A program made the translations under genes and the position numbers. From a virus, in the IMG/VR virus record IMGVR_UViG_3300026521_000343, positions 5,265 to 69,264 of that record: 64,000 nt of DNA, one strand, 5' to 3'. Below, piece after piece: positions 40,074-49,319 of this stretch. The notes beneath the pieces are model-generated. The model was not told where the DNA came from. It saw only the letters and a program-made list of their open reading frames with translations, and made no database searches. How positions within the stretch are numbered: the first letter of the stretch is position 1; the number at the start of each line of letters is the position of its first letter.

Positions 40074-41434
40074 AATTGAACCCCGCACTAAAAGACTTCT
40101 GGAAAACACAAAAGCAAATCAAAGTTTTATACGGTGGGCGACTATCATCAAAGACAATGGATACAGCGGGGGTATTGCTTTTTTTAGGAGCAAAATACAC
40201 TATAAGAGTAGCTTGTCTTAGACGTTTTCAAAATAGGATACAAGATAGCGTATATTCAACATTTAAAAGACTTATTAAAAATGATGATAGACTAAAATCG
40301 CAGTATGATGTAACTAAAAATTCAATAATTTCAAAAAGTGGAAGTGAATTTATATTCATGGGTATTCAGAGGAATATCGAAGACATAAAAGGACTTGACG
40401 ACATAACCTTCACTTGGATAGAAGAAGCTGAGAATATCACAGAAGAACAATGGAACTTAATAAGACCGACAATATTAAGGGAAGATAATTCTACTTGTTT
40501 ACTTGTTTTTAATCCAAAATTTGCAACAGACTATATTTATCAAGAATTTATAGCAAAGAACCACGACAATGTTTTAGTTAGGAAAATTAACTATGATGAA
40601 AACCCTTTTTTATCAAATAGTGCAAAACTTTTAATTTCTTCTGATAAAAAATCAATGGATAATGAAGACTTTGATGCCATGTATTTAGGGAAGCCAAAAG
40701 ACAACGATGACGAGTCTATTATTAAGAGAAAATGGGTTGACGCTGCGATAGATTTTCACTTAAAATATTTTATAGAGCCGCAAGGTAAAAAATACATAGG
40801 TTTTGATGTCGCAGATAGTGGTAACGACAAGAATGCAACAGTAGAACGACACGCACATATAATTACTAATATCGAAGAGTGGCAAGGTAAAGAGGACGAG
40901 CTACAGAAATCTTTTACTAGAGTGTATAATAGAGCAGTAGAAATAAATGCGATTATAAATTATGACAGCATAGGTGTTGGAGCTGGCGCAGGTAGTAAGT
41001 TTCAAGAACTTAACGGAGATTATGGAGAAGTAGAGTATCATAAATTCAATGCAGGCGGAAAAGTTCTTGATCCAGATAGAGAGTATAAAATTAATATCAA
41101 AAATATTGAAGCATTTTCAAACTTGAAAGCTCAACAGTGGCAGATAGTAGCGGATAGATTTAGAAATACTTATGAGATGATGCAAGGGATAAAAGAGTAT
41201 AATGCATATGAAGTAATAAGTATAAGTTCAACGTGCAATAATGTAGATGGGTTAATAACAGAACTTTCAACACCTAGAAAAGACTATAATGCAAACGGTC
41301 AGTTAAAAGTTGAGAGTAAAAAAGATTTAGCAAAACGTGGTATAAAGTCGCCAAATATCGCAGATGCTTTTATAATGAGTTTCTATCAAGGCGAAAAACA
41401 AGCACGCACATTCTCAACAAGGATAAACATATGA
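40070..41434 (+). CDS. terL: Terminase large subunit (PBSX-like)
   Basis: LYGGRLSSKT, WIEEAE, FNP, GFDVAD, SPNIADA. Confidence 0.92.
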   Translation: MKLNPALKDFWKTQKQIKVLYGGRLSSKTMDTAGVLLFLGAKYTIRVACLRRFQNRIQDSVYSTFKRLIKNDDRLKSQYDVTKNSIISKSGSEFIFMGIQRNIEDIKGLDDITFTWIEEAENITEEQWNLIRPTILREDNSTCLLVFNPKFATDYIYQEFIAKNHDNVLVRKINYDENPFLSNSAKLLISSDKKSMDNEDFDAMYLGKPKDNDDESIIKRKWVDAAIDFHLKYFIEPQGKKYIGFDVADSGNDKNATVERHAHIITNIEEWQGKEDELQKSFTRVYNRAVEINAIINYDSIGVGAGAGSKFQELNGDYGEVEYHKFNAGGKVLDPDREYKINIKNIEAFSNLKAQQWQIVADRFRNTYEMMQGIKEYNAYEVISISSTCNNVDGLITELSTPRKDYNANGQLKVESKKDLAKRGIKSPNIADAFIMSFYQGEKQARTFSTRINI

Positions 41435-41703
41435 CTGACGCATCACCAGATTATCTTTTAAACATATTGGACGCCGAAACTGCTAAAAAGGTATGGTCAC
41501 ACTTGCGAGGAATCAGAATCTATTTCCCTAAGTGCAAAAGTGAACATGATGAAATCAGAACGCTATATAAACAGATGACAACAACACGGGCAGACCGCAT
41601 AAGAAGATTATCGGAACTTTATGAGATGAGCGAGTCGCAAATTAGAAAAGTCACTAAAGAGAACAAATCACTTTTCGAGGACACAGACAATGAAGAGAAT
41701 TGA
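41431..41703 (+). CDS. Mor-like transcription activator
   Basis: LRGIRIYFPK..IRRLSELYEMSESQIRKV. Confidence 0.65.
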   Translation: MTDASPDYLLNILDAETAKKVWSHLRGIRIYFPKCKSEHDEIRTLYKQMTTTRADRIRRLSELYEMSESQIRKVTKENKSLFEDTDNEEN

Positions 41704-42709
41704 CGAACTTGCAAAGAAGTTATATGATGAGGTTTTAAACGAGTATAACATACAGGGAGAATTGAATAGAAAAGCACTAAGCGAACTACTTGAAGAGAAA
41801 CTATCTAAATATAATGACGATACTCAAAAAGTCTTAGAAGAGCTGATTTATACTCAACTATCAGATAGTATTGCAGCGAAAGCAGTTGATGCACTCATCC
41901 CAGACAAACTTACATTATCAGAAATGCTTTACAATAACAGCGAAAAAGTATCTAAAGAGAGTTTAGCACTTCTAACAGATGGGATTAAAGCCAAAAAAAC
42001 AATTCAAAAAATAAGCAAAAAGTTATATGATGGATACGACTTCAACGATAATGAAGTTCTTGATATTAAGCGTAAGCTGCCAAAATATCTACAAAGAGAA
42101 CTAAAAAAAGATAAGGCAAGTCAAGAATTTATCAAGTATGTTGATAATATTAAAACTAAGCCACTTAAAACAGCTCTAAAAGGGATAGAGGATAAACTAG
42201 GCGAAGCGAATAGTAAAGCACTAGAAAAGGCTTTAAAAACAGTTTTAGAAGAAAATAGCAGATACTACGCAACACGAATAGCAAACACAGAAAGCCACCG
42301 TGCGAGAAATCTAACACGTGCTAATGACTATTTAAAAAACAATGACATAGAGTTTGTTAAACTTGAAATGAGTTCACGTCATAGCATTATAGATATTTGC
42401 GACTATCACGCAAGGTTAGATTTAGGATATGGGCGTGGGATAGTTCCTAAAGACAAAATGCTGACGCTTCCATTCCACCCAAACTGTATGTGCAGATATA
42501 AGCCATATTATAAAAAAGTAACAAAGACAAAAGTAAAAGATGAACAAAAAGAAACTATGAAGCAATTTTCATTTAATCAGCAGAGGCAAATAGTAGGTAG
42601 TGAAGAAAAATTAAAAGAGTTTCATAATGGGAAAGATATATATAGTCTATTTAATAGGATAAGACCAAATTATAGATTAGAAAAATATGTTGATGTTTTA
42701 AAAGTATAG
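41690..42709 (+). CDS. Head morphogenesis protein (SPP1 gp7/Mu F-like)
   Basis: RIANTE..DICD..LPFHPNCMC. Confidence 0.8.
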   Translation: MKRIDELAKKLYDEVLNEYNIQGELNRKALSELLEEKLSKYNDDTQKVLEELIYTQLSDSIAAKAVDALIPDKLTLSEMLYNNSEKVSKESLALLTDGIKAKKTIQKISKKLYDGYDFNDNEVLDIKRKLPKYLQRELKKDKASQEFIKYVDNIKTKPLKTALKGIEDKLGEANSKALEKALKTVLEENSRYYATRIANTESHRARNLTRANDYLKNNDIEFVKLEMSSRHSIIDICDYHARLDLGYGRGIVPKDKMLTLPFHPNCMCRYKPYYKKVTKTKVKDEQKETMKQFSFNQQRQIVGSEEKLKEFHNGKDIYSLFNRIRPNYRLEKYVDVLKV

Positions 42710-42781
42710 ATAATATATACTTTTTAAGATTGTTTAAAGAAAATTATAGTTATAATTACATTAACAAGAAAAGGATTTATA

Positions 42782-43060
42782 ATGAAAAAGCAAGATATTT
42801 ATAACGAGATCAATAAGGTTTCATCAAATGATAAAGATTTTATTTTAGTTAACGATGAGGTTATTGTTCAAAATTCAAACTTAAATGATGATTGGTTTTG
42901 TTTATCGGAATATTATGACGAAGAAGAAACTGACAAAGAATTTTCATTTGAAAAAGTAGAGTATGTAGATGGAGAAGTTTTTGCAAGAGAAGATGGATCA
43001 TTGATTGATGTTGATTTTAAACAACCTGTTGGATGTGTAATTAGATATGAAGTCAAATAA
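42782..43060 (+). CDS. Acidic hypothetical protein with its own promoter
   Basis: TATAAT at 42751 and AAGGA SD. Confidence 0.6.
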   Translation: MKKQDIYNEINKVSSNDKDFILVNDEVIVQNSNLNDDWFCLSEYYDEEETDKEFSFEKVEYVDGEVFAREDGSLIDVDFKQPVGCVIRYEVK

Positions 43061-43205
43061 AGTTAATAAATCAACTCTTCAAGAGTTGGCTAACTATCTT
43101 GGTGTTTCTTTGTCTGCTGTAAAGCAATATAAAAAAGAAAAGAGAAAAATAATGCTAATAGGTTTGTATTATTATGAGAAAAATAAAAAAAAGGCGGGTG
43201 AATGA
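43047..43205 (+). CDS. Small HTH protein
   Basis: Hand translation ..STLQELANYLGVSLSAVKQY.. Confidence 0.55.
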   Translation: MKSNKVNKSTLQELANYLGVSLSAVKQYKKEKRKIMLIGLYYYEKNKKKAGE

Positions 43206-43215
43206 AGTCCGCCTT
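43186..43215 (-). terminator. Rho-independent terminator for minus-strand transcription
   Basis: aaggcgg..ccgcctt stem preceded by an A-run on the + strand. Confidence 0.65.
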
Positions 43216-43292
43216 AAGAAGTTCCAAAAAGAAAAAGTATCATGAGTTTGCCTTGGTTGGCAGTTGTTATTATAATATAAAAATATTAATAT

Positions 43293-44564
43293 CTACTTTA
43301 TCCCATCTTCAATTTCACTTTTAATAATATCCATGTCTTCAATATCAACACTCGATAGATCATTAGACACAATTTGCTGTAATTTCAACTGTTCATACTT
43401 AGGTAAATCATAACCTAACGCTTTGATATCTGATAGTATTCCAACTTCTTTTTCTACATCAACGATGTTAAAGCTTTTTGGATAATTTATAACCACGTCA
43501 TTGTTTATACCTAAATATAAACACGCAATATTAAAACAATTTCTTTCGAAATCTTCAAGACGCATTGCAAAGTTGGATAATGATCCATTAAGACCTTGAA
43601 ATTTAATATCTAGTGCAATTCCGCTTTCTTGCTGATTGTTTGTTAAAATGTCATATGCAATTTTATTAATATCATTTGTGATGTTTTCTATCTCATTCTG
43701 ATAAATATTTGCGCTGTTATTGTCTGGTGCAATAAAGTCAGGTGCTTTTAAATCTTTTCCGTAAACCAAAGCATTATCAGTCGATACTTTTATTTCACTT
43801 TCACTATTTCCAGTCGCATTGATTGTAAGAAGTGCGAATGTTTGCCCTCTCAATATCTCATCAAGTTCGCTTTTCAAGTTATAGTGGCGTTTCTGCAGAT
43901 AAGCGATTTGATTAAACTCTCCACTATCTGGAAATATACCGTTTTCGCCAAAGCTTACAACAGGGCATACACCTAAATTATGATCACTACCATCTACAAC
44001 CTTGCCATCTTCAATCACTTTCCACGAAGTGCGGTCATAATATCTAATTACTTCTTTTTTGTCATCCTCTTCAAAAGTTGAATTGTCAATTACTGACTTA
44101 TAAGAAATATACTCAAACTTGCCAAATTCATCTAACTTGTATTTATCAACACTTGATATGTCTATTTTAGTGAAATACGGAACTGCTCTTTTTTCAATTT
44201 GTGTTTTTAAATCTGTAGGAATATCTTTAGGCATATCAATCAGCACAATCCCACTTCCTAAAGCTTTTGACTCTTTTGCAAAACTTGACATAAATACATC
44301 AATAGAATTTCCCGAATTGTCCGCATCATTGAAAATCATCTTAATCAGATTGCTTGATGACATTCTAAATGGAGCTGTCTTGAATAAATACCCGTTATAT
44401 CTATTTATCTTAGATGCAAACATATTAGTGTAATAAGCTATCTTTTGACGCTCCTTGAATTTTTCATCGCTTTCACGAGGGAATTTATCAATGTATCCAC
44501 CATTTAAGAAGCCTCCGCTACCGTCATACGCCTCTTTTATAAACTTGTAATCTTTAATATCCAT
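43293..44564 (-). CDS. Portal protein (SPP1-like)
   Basis: FPRESDEKFKERQKIAYYTN, DADNSG, HNLGVCPVV, ESGIAL. Confidence 0.8.
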   Translation of the reverse strand: MDIKDYKFIKEAYDGSGGFLNGGYIDKFPRESDEKFKERQKIAYYTNMFASKINRYNGYLFKTAPFRMSSSNLIKMIFNDADNSGNSIDVFMSSFAKESKALGSGIVLIDMPKDIPTDLKTQIEKRAVPYFTKIDISSVDKYKLDEFGKFEYISYKSVIDNSTFEEDDKKEVIRYYDRTSWKVIEDGKVVDGSDHNLGVCPVVSFGENGIFPDSGEFNQIAYLQKRHYNLKSELDEILRGQTFALLTINATGNSESEIKVSTDNALVYGKDLKAPDFIAPDNNSANIYQNEIENITNDINKIAYDILTNNQQESGIALDIKFQGLNGSLSNFAMRLEDFERNCFNIACLYLGINNDVVINYPKSFNIVDVEKEVGILSDIKALGYDLPKYEQLKLQQIVSNDLSSVDIEDMDIIKSEIEDGIK

Positions 44565-45015
44565 TTGTTACCCTTTGAAATATAGTATCTAACTTTTTAA
44601 ATGTATCTTTTACGCCTTTTTCTAGGAAGTTGTCTCCTTTGTACCCAGGATGATTTACTCCTTTTGTGAATACAAACTGATTTACGCTTGAAAATCTAAG
44701 CGACTTTTTATTTTTTGATGCAATGGGGTGCTTTTTAGTGCCGAATAAAACAAATAATGCGTAGTTTGTTGGTCTTCCTTTCACATCCACAATCATACCG
44801 TGATCTTCTATAAATACCTCACCATGCAATGATTTTTTATTCACACTTAAAGATATATTATCTTCCATATTTCCCGTTACGTGATGCGGTTTAGCTCTTT
44901 TTTTTACATTATCATACGCATCGTGAGTTACTTCTGATATTAAGTTTTTGGATAAGTTTTTGTCAATATTTCCTAAAGTCTTGTTTATGTCTTCAAGACC
45001 ATAAACCTTAATCAT
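44554..45015 (-). CDS. HK97 gp10-like neck protein
   Basis: TGNMEDNI, YALFVLFGTKKH, VNHPGYKG..FL. Confidence 0.75.
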   Translation of the reverse strand: MIKVYGLEDINKTLGNIDKNLSKNLISEVTHDAYDNVKKRAKPHHVTGNMEDNISLSVNKKSLHGEVFIEDHGMIVDVKGRPTNYALFVLFGTKKHPIASKNKKSLRFSSVNQFVFTKGVNHPGYKGDNFLEKGVKDTFKKLDTIFQRVTNGY

Positions 45016-45395
45016 TATTGAATATCCGTGATGTTGAAGTTAGCTATTGCACTTTTTAAATTTGTAAGTTTATCACCATCAGGTGTATTTGATTCAAAAA
45101 AGCAAGTACCATAATTTACTTTATATTGAATTGCATCAATAATACTTTTTTCCATTTCGTACATTTTTTTATACATAAGTTCTAAATCTTTGTTTTTAAT
45201 ATCAAACCCATACACAACACTGAAAGATAAGTCTTTAAATGTTGTTCCTTTTGCAGTATCCATCCCAGATACAATACGGATAAAAGGGCAGTCTTTAGAT
45301 CCTATCCCTACTTCAAGACCTATTTTAACACTTTTAGCATCTGGAATTGTCTCAAGCTTTGATTTAATATCAAGCAATACGTCATAAATTTCCAC
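45015..45395 (-). CDS. Putative tail terminator
   Basis: Size and position; CPFIRIV. Confidence 0.5.
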   Translation of the reverse strand: MEIYDVLLDIKSKLETIPDAKSVKIGLEVGIGSKDCPFIRIVSGMDTAKGTTFKDLSFSVVYGFDIKNKDLELMYKKMYEMEKSIIDAIQYKVNYGTCFFESNTPDGDKLTNLKSAIANFNITDIQ

Positions 45396-45396
45396 G

Positions 45397-45696
45397 TTAT
45401 CCCCTTGCTATTTGAACTGAAGATATAGAAATGTTTGACGAGTTATTCAATGCTAAAGAAATATACTCATCATATTCTTTTTTGTAAGCCTTGTATCTTT
45501 CTGGCATACCCTCGTTTTCAAGCTGATTTAGTGATAATTTTATATACACTTTAGTTTTGACAAGTTTTTCAATGTAAAAAGTATCGCTGATATTCAGCTT
45601 ACCTACCTCGTCAATAGCTTTTGATTCTGCGTTGTTCAACTCTATTTCGTCAATGCTATCAACAATGAATCCATCTTCATATGTATAATTTGCCAT
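45397..45696 (-). CDS. Putative head-tail adaptor
   Basis: Size; first gene of the neck block. Confidence 0.45.
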   Translation of the reverse strand: MANYTYEDGFIVDSIDEIELNNAESKAIDEVGKLNISDTFYIEKLVKTKVYIKLSLNQLENEGMPERYKAYKKEYDEYISLALNNSSNISISSVQIARG

Positions 45697-45800
45697 TATT
45701 AAACCTTTTTAATACTTTATTTGTTTATATAGTTATCTCTTGGAAAAAGCCGAATAATTAAGCTTTCATAATGTGATAATTAATTCGGGAGGAATTGAAA

Positions 45801-46469
45801 ATGTTTAAAAAACTGCAAGAACTGCTAGAGGCAGGGAAAATCACATCAGAGTTGGCATCAGATTTAGATGCTGAAATATCAACAAGTTTGACAGAGTTGA
45901 GAAATGAAAATGCTTCGTGGCGGACTAAGTATAACGACTTAAACAAAAACTTTGAGTCAATTTCACAAACAAAAACAGAGTTAGAAACTAAGTTGAGCAA
46001 CTTTGATGATGCTATTTCTAGAGCAAAAGAAGATGGAAAAAGCGAACTTGTTACACAGCTTGAGGCGCAGAAACAAGAAACACAATCACTTCAAGAGTCT
46101 TTGTCAAATATCGAAAATGAAAACAAGTCATTAAGAATTGACACGTCTTTAAATAGTGCATTAAGCAAATTTGATGTTATCGACAGTGGAATTTTAGCAA
46201 GTGTACTAAAAAACAATGTTGTGATTGATGGCGAAAATGTAACTTACAAAGATGGTGAGAGTTCAGTTCCTCTTGAAGACGGGCTTAGAAAATTCTTTGA
46301 GGATAAACCACATCTTTTGAAAGCAAAAGGCAATGGTGGAAGTGGTGCAGGTGGAAACGGAAACAGTGGTGGCGGAAATAAATCTTATTTAGAGATGAGC
46401 GACGCAGAAATAGCGGAGAGTGTTAAGGCAAATGGCGTTGATACATTCGCAAAAAGTATTAAAGGTTAA
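45801..46469 (+). CDS. Capsid scaffolding protein
   Basis: Coiled coil; LRNENASWR; KPHLLKA..GGSG; precedes capsid. Confidence 0.8.
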   Translation: MFKKLQELLEAGKITSELASDLDAEISTSLTELRNENASWRTKYNDLNKNFESISQTKTELETKLSNFDDAISRAKEDGKSELVTQLEAQKQETQSLQESLSNIENENKSLRIDTSLNSALSKFDVIDSGILASVLKNNVVIDGENVTYKDGESSVPLEDGLRKFFEDKPHLLKAKGNGGSGAGGNGNSGGGNKSYLEMSDAEIAESVKANGVDTFAKSIKG

Positions 46470-46471
46470 TT

Positions 46472-47413
46472 ATGGCAATTCAAATTCAAAATGAAGTAAT
46501 TCAGGCGGTAGCTATCGGGCAAATTAAAGATACGTTGCTTAAAGCTCAACAAGCAACACAAGGTGCAATTACAATCGGTAAAGGTATTCACAAGGGAGAC
46601 TTTAAAGATGAGACATTCTTTGCAAATTTTGGCAATCCTGAGAGACGTGATCCGAATACACAGACCGCCGTAACTCCAAACAGATTAAGCACTCTTGAAG
46701 ACACAGCAGTTAAGTTATACTTCCGTGATGATGTGTTTGTTACTATGACAGAACTTGAAAGATACGGAACTACTCTTGATTCAATGAATCGTGGTATCGG
46801 TATTCAACTTGGCACAGCTATCGCAAGATGGGCTATTCAAAAATCACTTATTGCATCAGTCGCTGCTATAAATTCAGAAGCTGGTCTTGTGAATGGTGAT
46901 GGAACTTTAGACGTAGATACTGCAATGTTAAGCGGTTCAATGTTTAAACTTGGAGATATGTATGAAGATGTGAAAGTTTTTGTTGCTCCTTCTCAAATTA
47001 CAGGAAAGTTACTTGGAAATGCTATCGGTGCAAATACTGACCAAATTGCATACGGTGCTGTTTATGATGGTACCGTGGGTACACTTGGTCGTAATATTTG
47101 GACAGTAGATTCTCCAGCTTTATCTTGGGATGATGGAACTGAACAAGGTCACTATACGCTTGGTCTCACAAGCGGTGCTGTTGTTGTTGATGAGAGTGAA
47201 ACTATTAAGATGCTTAATCAGTTATTAACTCTTGAGTCAAATGCTGGTTATAACTTTCACTCAGAGGGCGCATATACTGTTGGTGTAAAAGGCTTTACAT
47301 ATGATACTGCTCAAGGTGCAAACCCTACTGATGCAATTCTAGGTGCTTCTGCAAGTTGGAATCTGGTTGACCAAATAAAAGGCTCTGCGGGCGTTATTGC
47401 AAAAAGTAAATAG
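46472..47413 (+). CDS. Major capsid protein (phage B)
   Basis: 313 aa after scaffold; KLGD, TLGRNIWTVDSP, GVKGFTYD..GANPTDA. Confidence 0.8.
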   Translation: MAIQIQNEVIQAVAIGQIKDTLLKAQQATQGAITIGKGIHKGDFKDETFFANFGNPERRDPNTQTAVTPNRLSTLEDTAVKLYFRDDVFVTMTELERYGTTLDSMNRGIGIQLGTAIARWAIQKSLIASVAAINSEAGLVNGDGTLDVDTAMLSGSMFKLGDMYEDVKVFVAPSQITGKLLGNAIGANTDQIAYGAVYDGTVGTLGRNIWTVDSPALSWDDGTEQGHYTLGLTSGAVVVDESETIKMLNQLLTLESNAGYNFHSEGAYTVGVKGFTYDTAQGANPTDAILGASASWNLVDQIKGSAGVIAKSK

Positions 47414-47421
47414 GTGATACT

Positions 47422-47634
47422 ATGAAAGTTTTAGACTTTACGGGAACTTACAAGGAAAAAGACGGCGAGGCGGTTGTTACCGCCAACCCAAAATATATAG
47501 ATAAATATTGTTGTATTGGATTCGAAAAAGTAGTAGCACATGAGAGGCATAAAGACGCTTTAAAAGGTGTTGAAAACGTATCTTTTGTAAAAGTGAAAAC
47601 AAATGCAAAAACTAAAGCAACTAAAGAAAAGTAA
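47422..47634 (+). CDS. Hypothetical protein
   Basis: AGGTG SD; post-capsid position. Confidence 0.5.
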   Translation: MKVLDFTGTYKEKDGEAVVTANPKYIDKYCCIGFEKVVAHERHKDALKGVENVSFVKVKTNAKTKATKEK

Positions 47635-47763
47635 AAATTCAAAGCTCATTGCAGATGGTGGTGAGCTTGTTTTTAAAAACGGAATTTGTGAGGTTAAAAA
47701 ACTCACTAAAGATATTAACTTCTTTGTATCTAATGGGTATTTAGAAGTGATTAAGGAGAAATA

Positions 47764-48669
47764 ATGGCTAGTCAAATAGTAGCTAAAAATACATTTCTTT
47801 TCTCAACTTCTGGAACTCCAGATGCGGGTGATGTGATTACGACAAATGATAACGTATTCGTAAATCCTAAGCCTAAATCAGTTTCTTACAAGGACGTAGG
47901 AAATGGGCAGATAGGCAATGAGAAAACAAAAACGATAGGCGACTACGTTACGGCAGAGTTTGAAGTAAATGTTAACGTTAAGCCTAGTGGAACAAAAGGA
48001 AACGCTCCATCTTACGGAGAATTATTTAAAGTGTGTGGGCTAACTGAAACGATTGTTGCTGACGAGAGTGTTACTTATGCGATTGGCGACAGAGTTCCAG
48101 GAGCTGCTAAAGCGTATATGGACGACACAGTGCGCAACATAGTAGGAATTGCGGGAGATTTTACACTAGGCGGAAATATTGGAGAACTTGCTACTTTTAA
48201 ATTTAGCCTTAAAGGCTTTACAGATCTAGAAGAAACATCTGAAAGCAATCCCGCTGTTACGATAGATCAAAGCACAAACTTATCTATTGAAAGCATTACA
48301 GCTATTACAGTAGGCGGTGCAACTGTTAATATGCAAAGCTTTGAATTTGCAACGGGAAACCAAACTGACAGCATCTACTCAGTAGGTAGAAAAGAGTTTT
48401 ATATCTACGATTTGAAGCCAACTGTAAAAGTAACTGCAATCAAGACGAAAGGAAACGGCACTTATTGGGCGGACTTGAAAAATAACACGCTAAAAGAGAT
48501 TAAAGTAGTGCTAGGCTCGGGAGATGGTGGAACTGTAACCTTTACTGCTTCATACTGCAACCCTGCTGATATTTCAGACAGCGATTCAAGCGGAAAAGTG
48601 GTGTACAATAACACTTGGGTGTGCCAATCAAACAACGGTGGTGATAACTTCTCTTTAGTTTACACTTAG
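47764..48669 (+). CDS. Tail tube protein (phage B)
   Basis: GTKGNAPSYGELFKVCG; beta-rich; precedes chaperone and TMP. Confidence 0.75.
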   Translation: MASQIVAKNTFLFSTSGTPDAGDVITTNDNVFVNPKPKSVSYKDVGNGQIGNEKTKTIGDYVTAEFEVNVNVKPSGTKGNAPSYGELFKVCGLTETIVADESVTYAIGDRVPGAAKAYMDDTVRNIVGIAGDFTLGGNIGELATFKFSLKGFTDLEETSESNPAVTIDQSTNLSIESITAITVGGATVNMQSFEFATGNQTDSIYSVGRKEFYIYDLKPTVKVTAIKTKGNGTYWADLKNNTLKEIKVVLGSGDGGTVTFTASYCNPADISDSDSSGKVVYNNTWVCQSNNGGDNFSLVYT

Positions 48670-48731
48670 AAAAGCGGGTTTGTAGTTATCCCGCTACCCA
48701 AAAACTGCAATCAAAACTACAAGGAAAAATC

Positions 48732-49037
48732 ATGTCAAAAGTATTCAGTGCAAAACGCAAAACAATCGAGGTCACTTACGAGTTTTTAAACGGAGACACA
48801 AAAGAAATCATAGCAAACAGCCTATCATCAAAAGAGCAGGAAGAAATTACAAATAATACCATTGAAAATGGAACAGACGTAATCGAGAATTACAAAAGTA
48901 TTGTAAAAAAACAACTAAGTAAAAATGCTAAAAAATTGGTGAGTGATATCATTAAAGAGCAATATGAAGAGGGCGACATTATAGAATTTTCAAACGCACT
49001 TTCTGAAACGATAAGAGAGGAAAAAGAAAAAAAGTAG
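48732..49037 (+). CDS. Tail assembly chaperone (G-like)
   Basis: Ends in A AAA AAG TAG slippery site (49028-49037). Confidence 0.7.
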   Translation: MSKVFSAKRKTIEVTYEFLNGDTKEIIANSLSSKEQEEITNNTIENGTDVIENYKSIVKKQLSKNAKKLVSDIIKEQYEEGDIIEFSNALSETIREEKEKK

Positions 49038-49318
49038 ATCGCCTCGTTCAATTTGCAAAAGAGTACAAAAATAAAGAGTCTTGCTATCATTTGGAAAAAT
49101 ACAAAGATGATTTAAGTGAAGATATAGACATAATATGGCTCGAGGGCGAAGAGCATGAAATAAGTGATGTTTGGCTTCTTAGCTTGGAAAGCGGTTTCAA
49201 TGGGGCTACTTGTAGTTATCAAATTGTTAAAGACTTTTGCAAACAGAAAAAACTAGACATTATCGAAGTGTTTAGAGTTTGCAAAACAATGACAGATAAT
49301 TTTAATTCAAAGGGATAA
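49034..49318 (+). CDS. Tail assembly chaperone -1 frameshift extension
   Basis: The -1 frame (VDRLVQFAKEY..) is open into the 49091-49318 ORF. Confidence 0.65.
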   Translation, partial: VDRLVQFAKEYKNKESCYHLEKYKDDLSEDIDIIWLEGEEHEISDVWLLSLESGFNGATCSYQIVKDFCKQKKLDIIEVFRVCKTMTDNFNSKG

Positions 49319-49319
49319 A

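Noticed and set aside
43215-45790. Invertible segment around the portal block
   Set aside because: No convincing inverted repeats at the two ends and no invertase; only a weak ttccaa match
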